DNA of 64,000 nt from Trichoplax adhaerens (Eukaryota > Animalia > Placozoa), in contig NW_002060954.1 of NCBI RefSeq assembly GCF_000150275.1, positions 1,240,001 to 1,304,000 of the forward strand, given 5' to 3'. Shown piece after piece: positions 21,901 through 36,900 of the stretch (position 1 is the first letter of the stretch; each line of letters begins with the position of its first letter). The notes beneath the pieces are model-generated. The model was given only the letters and a program-made list of their open reading frames with translations. It made no database searches and was not told where the DNA came from. The translations under genes and the position numbers were made by a program.

Positions 21901-24900
21901 TGTGCACATATGATTTAAAACTGTAGATCGCTACAGTATCATCTAAAATTCGAGATAAAATCAAATTTTAAATTGGAAAGTATAAAATTAAATTCAAATG
22001 ATAACGAATAAAAAAAGAATTAAAGTATACGGATATTAACCTCCACCCTATCATATGTCTCTAGTATTGCTCAAAGTACTAACTGTTAACATAGCATAAA
22101 TTTGGTTAAAAAATAAATCCTACCAGTAGACTAAATACCGTAAGCAGCAAATCGAGAATTAGCATGATATTAAAAGTCATCGTATCTTGAATTACGGTAT
22201 GTAATAAAGTTAGAAGTAAGTAACTAAGTATATTTTAAATTTTGTTCATTTAATTTTATAAATAAAAAAGATCTTTGAATGAACTGTAACCCAAGACTAA
22301 TTCACTATTTTAAATACCTAACAGTACCTCATTAGTGCATGCATTTCAAGAATTATCATTCTCATTGCTAAATTAATCACTCCTGTACGGTGTTTTAAGC
22401 AACTTAATAAGGCTGTTCACATAAAACAAAAAATAAAATTATAAAATACCTTAATTTGCCTTCAAAGAAAGAGATTTTAGTCTACGCGTTTCATGATTCA
22501 GATGAAGATCAGTAAACAAAATACAAGCGCTGATAGAATAAGATAGTGAATCTTATTAATTTGAAATAAAGACTGGGTGAAGAGATAAGTGCGCTTATAC
22601 TTAATCTGAATTGTTGATCAATAACTTCGTAATTTGATATGATTTAATATGATAAAATTATTGTGACTATGGGATCTCATACATAAAGTGATAGCCAATC
22701 ATTGCGTTATTATTAAATTCCGATTGCGATCAATAGATTGTCATATAAATAAGAAGAAATTATTATAACTCCTGACAAAATTTGAGAATAATAAGACATG
22801 GTCAATCAATATATCAAAATGAGATCATGAAAGTAATCAATAATTAATTGTAGTTATCCACTCGGCTATGCTTTTCTTGAACGACTCCTCTGGCAGAATT
22901 ATTTTTAACTTTATCAATTATAATTAAACATTTTTAGACTTTCTGCCTATTAGATAATTTTTGATACGATAATGAATTTGAATACTACTTATCAAATCTT
23001 AGATACATCATAAGTTTTCGCAGTAACTAAGTAATATTATAAAATATCGCATCGATAGGCAAAAATTACTAAATATGAAGAGTCTACATGAACATTTAAT
23101 ATAGTACATTTAATATCAAGCTTACTAATAAAGTATTGACTGAAAATAGTTGCATTATATGCTAAAAATATGAAACTGACTTAAAGCAAATACAGTTTTA
23201 TATCTAATGAAGTAAATAAACACAGGAGCCATAGTGTTAATTACCATGAATTTTACAATAATCCTGAAGTGATTCATGAAGCATTTTAATAATATCCTAT
23301 GAACAATAAAATCTAACATAGCTTAAAATATATGTGTAAGGTAATTAATTTATCGATTATTAAAGGAATATAGTAGTTATCACGCAACAAATATTAGACA
23401 CTAATAAGCAAATTCCCCAACTATGATATGATCATTTCCATTGCTTAATATAATTAATAATTGCTATTACGAAAACATATTATAGAATTTATTATAAATA
23501 TTCTTTGGCTAAAGATGAATCTCCCATATAATGCATGTATACTTTTAGGTATAAAATGATGCATACTGCATACAGTTGTTCGTACATTAATTATTCCCGA
23601 TAACTATCTAATAACTTAAAAATTAACCATTTCGGATAAAATCATAATTAAATTATTCGTATGCTAAGGGGTAATATAGTAGATTATTTCATTGAGGGCT
23701 TGACATGTTTATAATGATTTTGCTTTTTATTTGCTCATTAAACATGAAACGGCTAATTGTGTGATAGGCGATTTCAAGGATTATTAGACTTTACGTGGCA
23801 CTACAAATTAAAACATACATCAGAAAGTATATGTACGCGTAATTATTATATAATGTAAAATGAGAGCTAGAGAGATAGAAATCAGCTATCATCGCAAATA
23901 TCGTGTAATCCACGTCTATAAAACTCAGAATTTAAGCCTTAGCGAAAACTAGTTAACAGTCTCTAAAATGTATTTTACTGCTCTTACATCCTTAATAAAA
24001 AAATTGGTGCATATTATAATTCATTCTTGGGTTAGTGAATCGTATTGCCCTTCTTTTGCAACATGTTTAGAAATTAGTAAATTGCTTGAAAACGTATAAT
24101 GATTACAGTACGGTTTCAATACTGATAATGTGCTTATATCATGAATGAATCATCCATCGCCTAGTAGTGAAAATTTATTTACTAACGCTCCCTGCAATTG
24201 AATTTTAATTTAAAAATTACTTATAAATCGTTTTCAAAACTTAAATTGTCAATCAATCAGTTCTGGTAGTCTTCGATAGAGTAAACAATTTCAGAATTGA
24301 AAATACGTTAATTATTCCAGTTATGATGCTATCATGTACGCAGTATTTCTCTTTTACTTTAATTAGCTGAAAAGATTTATCATTCATGGTATTAATACAG
24401 GGAGTAACAATGTTACAAGCAAGTGATACATAAAACGACGTTATAGTATTTCATGCTGATTTCACAACAACGCTGCCTAATTCGCTTGTGACACAGTAGA
24501 ATCTCACTAAACTGAACAACTCTTAAAATATGTCAACTTTTAGAAGACTTTAATTTCGTAGTACTTCGAGTACATATCAATATAAGAAACTGTCACAGCT
24601 ACAATTAAATCAATATTTGTCATATCTTTCTAAATTCTCTCTTATAGCCTTGATAACGAATCAATTATTGATTAAAAATTGTCAATCGACGGCAGTGATC
24701 TGATTTGAACAAATCAAGACAGAAGCTTTAACATCTAGGTTGAGGGTACTTCTCCCCATTTAGACATAAGTAAGTGCCAATGCACTTCTAAATTCTAAGC
24801 AATATGAAAAGGATCGATCAAATTGAAATGAGGAAGAGTGTAATTGAATGGCAATAGTTCAAATCTAACAATCTAGTTATCATCGAGTTTTGACAACAAA

Positions 24901-27900
24901 CGAAAGTTAAAATTATCTTACACGGTGAAATTAAAACATTACTCTGTCTGCATTAGTAATTAATAAAAATAGATTACAGCGAATTCGAACTACTTACGTT
25001 GTTATTATTACAATATCATTAAAGAGAAGTAAAAACTGATTAATGTTTAACTAAAGTATCTTAGCTGCTTGTAAATTGTAATAGCGCAAATAAGTGGGAA
25101 AGACTGTAGTGACATTCTCCAAAATGTACATATATACCTTAGTAGATATAACCATATTTCATTATAAAATACCGTACATGTGAGTACAAAACGAAATATG
25201 TGTCACACTGCAATTTTCATACGGAATACAAAGTGATTGTTAGGTCTAATTATGATTCAAATTCTTGTATATTAACTTGCAGAAATTATTTCATAACAAA
25301 ATAACTTAATTTTACAAAGATACCAATCCGTGACTTAGTGACCTAACTTTGAACATATGTCATCTGGATTGCTATTAGCTTTAAGGCTCAATTAGCTAAA
25401 TTAATTGCAGTAGTGATGATATTCAAAGACTATGTAGTGATGTTATACCCTGCATCTTCATGCTGGTGTCACGGTACGCCGTTACTAATTAAGTAACTGT
25501 AAATTAATGAATGCTTATGAATAGATAAGATAAGGTTATGTGCTATGTTTTAATGCGCTTGTAGCTGATAATAGGATGGTAGAAATGAGATAAAAATAGA
25601 AGTTGTTAGCAGTTAATTTACTGTAGGTTTATAAGGTATGTTAATCTCTAAAAATTGAGCTGTATATGGATGAAGGTTAAGTGTCTTAACACCTGATAGC
25701 TTGTAGCTATCTAAGTCTGAGGATATCGACATGTATATTTAGTAATGGTATTATACTAATTAATGTAACTTGTAAAGCATGAATTCTCACTCGTTAATAT
25801 TGGAATTCACTGTAGAAACCTATTTAAGCGCGTGTGTTTGTAGAATAAAGTAAGTAATTGCTCAAGAAACGGCAAGACTCATATCGTGAAGAATAGTGTA
25901 ATAATTAGTCAGTTGTCTGTGGAGATCAGCCGAGAAATGGAGTTCTCAAATACTTCTCTCATAGAAACTGAAAGTACTGGGAGAAATAGCCCAAGTTTTA
26001 AGTAACTACACTAGAGTTCTTTACTTTCCTTTGCCACAAGTGAGGGTTGTGACAGCTGGCTGGTGAACTCTATTCTATTATCGAAAATGCTTTTATACTC
26101 ATGATGAATACTGTAGCGGCAAAATAATGAAAGATATTTAGATTAAGTTGATTATAAAGATTACTATCATTGATAAATGATATTCCTTCCACATTGACTA
26201 GAATCTATTAGATAAGAGATTGAACTTAAGAATTTTAACATATCAGACTTTAAACATGCAGATCAATACATTATAATAGGAGTTCTCTTCTATAATATAT
26301 AATTAACCGGTTATAATAGACCATTCTATTCGATTAATAGTCTAATACTTTTTCGATGACGTAGGTACACTTAGATGTGGGACTTGCGACTCATAAAGAC
26401 ATGGTATAAGATATGAAGGTCTAGGGTTTTGCCATAGCTAATTTCTGAAGCCTATTCAAGCGAATGTAGACGTCTGAAGTCGATAGTGCTATTTACATTA
26501 AATAAAATGATGTAATAAATTGCGGTATAATATTCTAAAAATGGTAATATTGTACTGTAGCGAACTAGATCGAAATTTCTCAATCAGTCTTAAATAATTG
26601 AATGGAAACTGGATAATGCCAGGGCAGGCAAACGATAATAAAAAATTGTTCAGTGAGCTTCTTATAAATAATATAGTACATATTAATGGTTAAACCTAGT
26701 GATAGTATCGCAGTACGATACTTAAGCGATTCTGCCATAAGTATTTAAATTAATATAACAGGGACGCAGTGTCCTGTAAGGCACCGAAACGATAATGCCA
26801 CGCTCCGATTGGCAAATGGCTGACACATACGACCTTTTATAAGATTATGCAGTAATATACTATATTTTGGGTAACTATTAATAATTTCTGTTAATATTTA
26901 CCTAAATAGATCTAATGTTCATATAATGCAGTAGCTATTTTATAGATTAAAATTCTGTATAGTATGAACGAAGCGATATCAAATTTATATTTGTACCTGT
27001 TGCCTTTTAACACTGTACTTTCTCGGACTGCAGTTATTTTATTAGATGAAATAACCTGTAGCACTAACAAATCTCTTGAATATGGAATAAAATTGATTGA
27101 GTAACGAAAAGTCAATAGAACACATTACAATAAGTAAATTGCAATGCTCTTTACTGTGAGGCATTTAAGATAGCCGGAAGGAAATCTAAACTCAGACTAT
27201 TGACAACATAGATTTTTCTCTTCGTTCTAGATAATGTATAAAGTTCTGTAAATACGTACTAATTTTTTTCTTATTTAGTGATAAACTATAAAAGTTGAAT
27301 TGTAGTGCAATGAGCACAGTATGATTACTTATAGACTAGTTTTATTCTTTTTACGACAATGCAAATCTTTTCTTAATAATTAAATTATGATGTGATGCTC
27401 TCTATACTCGTGTCTTCGGTCACTATACCAGGTATACTGTAGAATGTAGTCTTTAAAATTTGGCCATTGACATTGAATTACTGAATAATCTATAAACTAT
27501 GATGATAAAAAGTAAAATTGGTTTTCCTGTCACGATGTAAATACTTTATATATGAATTTCAGCAATTAAGTTGAATCTAAAAACCATGTACAAATAAAGT
27601 ACTAGACAAATATGAAAATATTTCATGTTAAATTTACTCTTATTTGTTTGCGTCAAAGACTAAGAAGTTATAGTTGAAAATTATACATTTTTATCAATTT
27701 CTAATCGAATATACTAATGATAAAGTAAATAGTATCAGACAATCATTTTTAGTAAGATTTCTCTATACTCATCAAACTATAATATAGGTTTTGAAGACAT
27801 AATTGATTACAGTAACATGACACTCATAAAAGTAATAACCTCCTCAAGTACTAAATTACTAGAATGGCTGATCAAAAGCTACGAAAATAGCCATACTGGT

Positions 27901-30900
27901 TTGAGCATTAGCAGTACAATATATTGGCGATTTTTTGTAGAGAAAAAGATGACTGTCAGAGATGATGTTAACACAATTACATTTAGATCATAATGAAGAC
28001 AAATAGGTTATATTGGCATTAAGTAGCGAGAACTATGAGGGATTGATGAAAGTAGAAAAGACATATGGAAGGAAAGTAAAAAGAATTCAGCTGCACAAGT
28101 CATCGATCGACACCCAGTACGGCATTTGACTTAGTACTAGATAATGACGTCTCTCATTTATACCGCGCAGAGTCTAAGCGAGTAAAATGATATAGCGACA
28201 AAAACAAATTGATCGTTGATGATGACAGTTATAGGAATATTAATGATGGAAATAAAAGAAATTAATGATTTTACTATCATCTGAACTCATACTCCTAGTT
28301 ATGTCCAGGAAGAGAGTTTAAAGCAAGACAGGAGGAGAAAAGGATGGAAGATTTATGGTTAGCTGAAGAATAACCAATAGAGTGTTCGATCATTTCAAGG
28401 TTTATATCAAAATATAACTGTAGATAATATGCAGCAACTAAGATTCTTGTTATTTTTTCTTTGTTCATAATTTGATAAGATCGATCAACTACAATTATTA
28501 AGTAAATATTAAATAGGAGAAAATATCTAATTTGATCGTGTTTGCATTATTCTTTAGTTAATAATATTAAGATTATCAATTTATATAAAGTAATTATTTT
28601 TCAATAGTTATTAGAAATATAAAGAAGAAAAACAGACTGATAAGTTCTGTTTGGATAAATCGAACATCTACACTGTTAACATAATAGAAAACATAAAAAA
28701 TAAAATAAAATTTTAAAGATAAAGTGTATGTGGATAAATAGTCGAAAAATTACAGATTAGAAATGTAAAATTTATTCTAGTTGATGAGAAAACTAGATTA
28801 CTTCTTACCTATTAACGGACGATATATTGATGCACGAAACAGTTAACACGAATAAGTGAGAAAGAAAAACACAGACAAGATGTAAACGCGTAAAAATGAA
28901 AGACACAGACCAAGAAAGGCAGTGCAATGTATAGAAGTGATATTTCTGTATGAATATCTATGTTGTAACAATAAATTGATCAAGTTGATCCAGATAGTTG
29001 ATGTTGTAAGCTTTACACGCCTTACCTTCTCTATTTCAATTAAATGGAATCGTAAAACTTGGATTGCTTGAATCACCTACAGCCAAGAACAAAACAATAA
29101 TTCAATCAATGCAATAAAAAGAAATTAAAGAAATATAATTACATTACAGAATCGAAATTAAAAATCAATCTCTTACATCATTAAAAAAAAACAATTAATC
29201 ATTATTTTATCCTGTTAACAATTGTTGTTATTCGCCAAACAACAATTTATTATTGTTTAAAATAGATGGAAATGAATACTATTGTCATAATTATCAAAAC
29301 ACGTTTCTCATTTTCGCCGTATTCGACCATGGAATACTTGATGCGATATTATTATCCTGCTCCACCGCAAGATCAGAAATTTAAATTTCAGTTACATTAT
29401 ATTGGTGTCTATGATCATCTGTACAAATCTCAATGTAAAACTTAAATTAATATTTGAAAATTGGTCAGAAACATCTCTAACTAGACAATAAAATCTGTTC
29501 TAGTCAAAATTAGAAAATTATATGAAATCTAATCCAAAAACTCTGCTAGGAATGAAAAGACATAAAATTAATAAGAGATACAATATGTAACAAGCTTTAA
29601 ATCTTACAGTAATTAAGTTAATTCGGTTAGAAAATGCATCAGTTATCGTAGCAAGCGCATACACATAACGATGGAGGTAAGGGTTTATTTTTATCTTCCA
29701 TATATTTAATCATGTTGTAAAAATATAATAATTAAGATGTATAAAGCTAATGAAAGACAAAGAATGTAGAGTCGACTAAAGTTAATTTTCTCATACTTCG
29801 AAATTATCCAAATTTTTTACAGATTCTTATTGAATTATCTATAAAATTATGTATTACTCTATTACGGTAACTTTAATTGTTACTATCCTCGTTCAACATT
29901 TCCATGAAATTTCATACCTTACAACAACAGCATTTATGAATTTATAAAGAGAATTTATTTCTAAAACAATGGACTACAATTTGACTGCGTAACTCTATTT
30001 AAGGTTGTTGTTTGAACTGTTTTATAGATTAAAGATAGAGTAAAGGGAGAGAGATTGCATGCGATAGTCATTACCGGATACTATCAGTATAAAAATATTC
30101 TTCTTCTTGAATTAACACGTATCGAAATCTTAAAATGGATTTTAAATTTATATTAAATTTGAATGGTTATTAGGATATGCTGTTAAAGGTGAACGAGAAT
30201 AGAATAGAAATCTATCTGTCAAATGAAATGAATAGAATAAATCATCATGACATGCATCAGCGTTATGTCTTGACATGAAAAACAGCGGATATCATCTAAA
30301 AATTCGATGATGTACTAAATAGTATAAATAGATGGCAAAATTGAAATAGACGTAGGGTTCGTCAAAATAATATTAATAATTGATGAAAAAAATTGTAAAA
30401 ATTATATCCAGTTAATCTAACGGCGTAATATGGTTACATTATCATCTCAATAATAAAGTAATCTTAAAAGCTATAAAGTCGACCCGATTTTGTATAAACT
30501 GCTTTAAAATCTCGATTCTATTTATTGCAATATCGATATACAAAACGTATAAGTAAATGCTTTATCATAAACAACAAGGAATATAATAGTCAATCTGTCA
30601 TCATCAACTATCTTGCAATAAGACATAGACTTGATTATGTGATTGAAATTTCAATACTGTAATAACAATGCGTCTTTCCTTGCCATTATTTTTATATAAT
30701 TGTTAGATAATAATTAGGAAAACGAGGGCGGATATCCTCAATGGGGCAGAAATAATTTAAAGTAATGCCAGTATAGGAATTAAGCTAAAAGCAAACAGAT
30801 ACAGAGATTTTTAATTACTGAGGCAAATTCTATTCGGTTGATCACGCTAATCATCCTGAAGAATTATTATCAGTAAAATAACTGAAAATAAAAAAGACAA

Positions 30901-33900
30901 CATCCCTTATCAGCAAGCAGCTAGTCTACTGAAAGTCAACTAAACTAACTCAAGATAATTTTTGACTTGAAGGAAGTAAATGCTATCAAATCCATTTTTA
31001 TGACCAACTGCTAGTTTATATTAGTTCAAAGTAAAATAAATTATTATATTCTTAGAAATGTGTTACTTTTCAAGATGTTTATGTGATTCTACTTTCTAAA
31101 ATTTGCATAAGTCCACATAAAATCAATCACTGGCTCAATTTAATAATCTTAAGACTAAAGAAAAAGTGTAAAAACTAAAATAAAATACTTAGATATTTGA
31201 ATCATGTAATTTAATAGAGTTACAAAAGCTTTTGCTCTAATTATTTGCAATACGTATAAATACAATTCATTTTCGGTGTATTCCTTCAATATGAGCAAAT
31301 CAAAAGTTTAATTAAAAACCACATGCAATGTTGAAAGCTTAGAGTAATCTTATGCGGTAGTTACCATTCCATACTCACTTACCACAGTATCTAATTCTTG
31401 ATCTGACGTATAGAATGTTCTGTCTCCTTTAAACTAATTATGAAATAAATAAAAGGAGGAAGGATATTGACACAGATATTAATTTAAAGAAGAGTAAGTG
31501 CATAACTAATTCGGATTAACGATAAAATGCACTGTCATATTTACTTTGGCTACTTTCAAAAGTTAATAGCTATAACAATCCAACTTTCTTTGGAAGGTAT
31601 TACTATTGCATTTTGTTCAGCCATAACGTAACACAAATACTATTTTAACTACCGGCATGTATGGCATATTATTATTTTATGACGTATGCTTTGCAATATA
31701 TTAATAATTACAGTATTAATTTAACTGGCATCTTTTTTACGAATAATTATTCATTGCTGGTAAAACTGATATAAATTAAAGAATATATGTACTATTTTAA
31801 TTAATTTATAAATTGATCTATATACCCAAGCTATTTAATAGCACATCTATCAAACTGCATTTACGCTAAAATCCAAATTAGCTAATTCAATTAAAAAAGA
31901 TGCTATCCAATAGATGCATCTTCAATTACATTACTCTTATCATACAGATTGAATGATGCTTATCTATTTGTTGTTCATCTTATAAGTTAAAGCTATACTT
32001 CAAAATATAACTTTTTGATAGTTATATTGATATTACGTTATGTTAGAATTTAATCAATGCTTTCAATCAAGGCAAGAAATTTAAGATATATCACATTTAA
32101 GTTATGGTGTATTATCGAAACATTAAAGTTTTTCGAAGAGATTGCCACAGTAGATATATACTCGTGAAGAGAAATATATGCATGCGTAGCATATACTAAT
32201 GATATTATACTTACAATCAAAGAAAGATTCGGACAACTATTTTAGTAGAGAATCAGGATAACGTAGGATGCAAGTATAGTTATATTTAGCAATTGTATCG
32301 TCACACATGTTATTAACGATGAGAATTTTATAAGTGTACATAAAAAGTTTATTCATTTAACGAGTGAGTAAGCTCGAAGGTCAGTTTTTGTATTTATTGT
32401 TACTGCCTTCGTAAAATCATGCTTATACTAATATAGTTTAGGCTGTATGTTAAGGCTATTCGTTGTTAGACTTTAGAATATATTGCTGGTAACTTCGTTA
32501 CTTAATATTGCATCCATTCGTGCATTCATATGAGGATGTACGAGCATCAAATGTAAAAATTCAAGGGAAGTTTCATAATTGGAGGACCTTTGGTCTAGAT
32601 TCAAGAAGAGATTTCACTCTTGCGTATAAAGAGTAGTTGGAAATAGTAAATGCTGCGCTAGTAATTTTAATATGAGGCTTGAAAACATTTTTAAATTCGA
32701 CTCAAGAACACAAGGATAAAATTTTCGTTTCCGTCTTTTGCTCGTTAAATGAGCAATTCTATTTGAATTTTCTTAGTAGCGAAGCTTATTAATTCAAAAT
32801 GTTTGCCTATTAGATGAACTGTATTCTAAATCCAAATTTGTGAACTAGTGTAAAAAGGTCAAACTGACATCCTATGATTACAGTTTTAAATTTCTAGTTG
32901 TTCTACGTATCTAAATTTCTTCTCATGAGATCGGGTAAGATCTAATCAATTTGTTAATACTTTGCTTAACGAATTTATGTCTTTTGAGAACTGAACATAG
33001 TACATTTTAGAATCTATAATGAAAATATTTCGCTATCCTGGACGAAAATAGTCTAATTCATTTCCTTTCTTCGATATACTAATTAACATAATAAGAGATA
33101 TATATACTCTAAATTTGCTACTGTTTAACTAATAATTGGTGCTGCGCTATGCAATGAATTTTCATCATTCTTAAATTAGATGTTACTAATAAGATATTTC
33201 ATTTCAAATTTGATATAGCTACGCGTATAATCCAATATACGCGTACAGGCGGAAACAAGGTTCATATGCAATGTATACCCATGAAGGTTCTCTTCTAAGT
33301 TGATTGCCGTTAAATCTTGATTATATATTGTAAACTACAATATACTGAAGGTGACAACTTACGGAGTACTACCGTTATAGATCAACAGAAATAAAGAAGA
33401 ACCGTTACGATATTAGCTTGAAACGTCAAAACATAGATTGTCCGTAGTGATGATTTGAAATTACCTTTCGACCATGTGATTTATGAAGACGAAGCAGAAA
33501 TGGTTATATTGTAGCTCTGACAATCAGTCATTGCATTTACATAGTTATAGATATGTGCAGTGCTCCCAATAGCTATACTTAAGTTGCATGTTATTAAACG
33601 AATTATAGTGTAGCAATATGCATAATCAAGTTCAAATAACGTAAGTGACAAAGATGTCCGTAATGTACAGGGCAAGTTGACGTTATATTTACATAATGTC
33701 AAGCAAGTCTGCTCTTTCCTATGACGAATACTAGTATTTTCACTTTCTTAGATAGTTGAAATCTGTCATGAATTGTCCGATTTACCTTTATTTACGGGTT
33801 ATAGGCTAGATAGCTGATTGGTAAGTCATTAAATCAAACCCCATCAACCTGAATGACCACCCAATTACTAAGATTAAGGGATAAATGTAATTGTATTCAG

Positions 33901-36900
33901 TAATGACTTTGCCTAAGCTACAGTAAATATAGATAAAATAACATTTCTCACTAATTGCACTTATGCTTATGAAGCTGCTTAAAATCTTAAGTGTACGAGT
34001 TATGTTTATGAGATAGTATTAACTCTATCGATAGCATTTACTGCAACACTGCTCAAATTCCAGCTGAATGATTGTAATTACGGTAGGATATCTATTGTGA
34101 AGCTGTCTTGTATTGAAATAATGATGTTATTGGTACCCAAATTTTTAATATTACTGGTCCTTGCTGATGAATTTTACCATATTCAGATACTAAAGAGAAT
34201 TAAATGGTAGAGTTACCACTATAATGAAAAATCACATTAGTTCTTCTGCTGTCGATTGTTACTAGAAAGCGAATAAATTATAGTAGCTATACAAATTTAT
34301 CGGTGCAGCTTCTAGAACTTATTCTATATTAATATCAGCACTACGTAAAAGACAGTAGCATCCACAATTAAAAATAAACAGTGTACCGAAACTTAGCTCA
34401 TTCAGATATGACTAAAAATTTTAACAGTCAGTATAATTATAGCAAAGACATAATCAGAACCAATACTAAAATAGTAAAATATCATTCATTTGGGGTAGCC
34501 TAATGCAAATCAATATCATCGCTAATTAAACGAATGATAGAAAACTAATAAAGGTCTATATAGAATAGAATATAATCAGTAGTACTAATATTAACTGTAA
34601 AAGTAACTGCCAATCCATACAAAATGAAAACCTCGCTTATTTAGAAAATAATAATAATAATTATAGCAGATGACGTATCAATCTGCTAGAATGAAATATA
34701 ATATCAGTTAAGCATTTATGTCAATTGGTAATGTATCGAAGTGATTATTTTATTATTTGTAGCGGCTTGCAAACTATCTCTTTATACAGAAATAATTACG
34801 TCAACTACATATGAGATAGTGTAACTGTAGTGAATTTAGAATATACTGTAACTATATTCTACTCTTAAATATAGACATGTTGTATTGCTCTTATATTTGG
34901 ACAGATCTACAGTCCGCTTACTCTACATTCATATATAGACTACTGTATTTAGTTATTACGGTACTCGCTGTTTTCTACAATCATCTGCTATTTTGTAACC
35001 TGTTATGGTATATGTTGTATCTAATTCCACAATCCTATTCTCTGCATGTGCTCTATCTTTAAAACTATAAATACCGGCGATTTCTACCTCAGAGTTCATT
35101 AGCCTCTCAGTTAGTCTTCTAGTTAGTCTCTCACAGTCTAATACTTCTACTCGTTACTCACGACAGCTTGCACGCTGATCTACCGTAACTACCTCACTGT
35201 ACTTCACATTACTAACCTACAATAAAGCATAACTTTTATAAACCCTTTGTTGTAATAATTGTAAATGGCGACTAAATCTCAATCCTCTGAGATATCGAAC
35301 CCTCTATCACAGTAACCGTACAGCATGGGTTCCTACTTAATACCAGTTATATCCCACCCTGATATTAGATTGAATAAAAACGTAAAATATAAAGTATAAA
35401 AGAGCGAAGGATAATAAATACTACCAACCTAATCTCTTGCGTCAATCAATAATGCCCTTAAATGATTATTATAATTATCATTGTTATGCTTCGAAATGAC
35501 CGGTAAAACTATTCTAATGTGTCATTTTGAAATAGAAATATCAATTTCGGGATGACAGAAAGTAATAGTAAAGGCCCTGTATATGCTAGAACCAGTTTAT
35601 AAAAATCCAATTATTGGTAGCTCTAACAGTTATCATAATAGGTGTAATAAATTGCCAAGATTAAATATATTGGTCTAAGCTATCATATCTATCTGTATCT
35701 TTATTAGATTTCGATAATTTTGTTATATAATCAGGAAAATCGTTCTGTATAATAGTTGCACTACGTCTGAAGTAAAATATCAAAATCATCTTTTGCGAGA
35801 AATGTCAACTGGCTAGCCTAAATGCTATCTAATGCTTAATGATGATGGAATATTGCCAGAAGGGTGAAAAAATTATCAATCTTTTTTGTGTGCTACAATT
35901 TATGTCTGTATACATAATTATATATATATATTTGTCAAAAGTAAAGTCGACATATTTTTTAATTATCAGGAATTCTACCATTAACAAGCACGTGATTGAA
36001 ATGACAAATCTGATTTCCTTTCCACTCCTCATCTTAACCTTTGTACTGTTTGGTGTAAAAGCTGATTCAACTGGTCAAAATTTAAAAATTAGATACTAAA
36101 CTCGCTTAATTTTTTTAACTTAATTTGACCTCAAGTTATAGGATTTTTTACTGGATTGCTATTATTTCTTTACTTAATTAGCAGAATGCCAATCATAAAT
36201 GTATTTCTTTCTATTACTAACCTGCTTAGCAAAAGATGCAATATCTTCATTAAAGGACGAAGCGCTACAAACATCGTTGCCAATGGAACTAGAATGACGT
36301 GGTGAAGCTGTTGCCAATTCACATTTTTGAAATATAATTGCTAGCAAGTTGAACAATGGATGGCTAAAAAATTTATATATATAGAAATAATAATTTTTAC
36401 TATGCCCTGAAAATATGACGACATTAGAATTAGAAAAAATTTTTGTTAAAGCCGGTGAAATCAATTTAAATATACATTCACAATGGCGAAAAGAAATGCC
36501 GCTACTTATTACGAACTATGACACATAATCAATAAAAATGTCTTTATAAATGGATGAAGAGACTAAGCGAATTTTATTGTAGCCAAGCAACTTTGAATAC
36601 TGAATACTGTCAACGGATTAGGCAAGTCCAAAGTACATCTTCATTCATTATCCTCTATAAAGTATTTTTCGAATTATTTCTTTGATATTTCATATTGTCT
36701 TACAATTCTATAATCTACTCGATTTTCTTAAAATGGTATTTTTAAAAGTAGTAATGACCAAAGTCTAATTCTTTTCTTAGCTATTATGTATTGAGATAAA
36801 ATTTATTCCCATTATCATTACAACATGACATCATTTTAACCTTTGGATAATGATTACTGTGATGATATAGCAAACAGGAAATAGAAGAAATTACTAATTG

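Noticed and set aside
32214-32236. Possible 22-nt Meis microexon (aaatag|TTGTCC...GATT|gtaagt, minus strand)
   Set aside because: Breaks the frame, and the conserved 51-nt exon at 31433-31383 already completes the MEINOX domain.
35186-35196. let-7-like TGAGGTAGT on the minus strand
   Set aside because: Only a 9-mer, with no precursor hairpin or remaining let-7 sequence.
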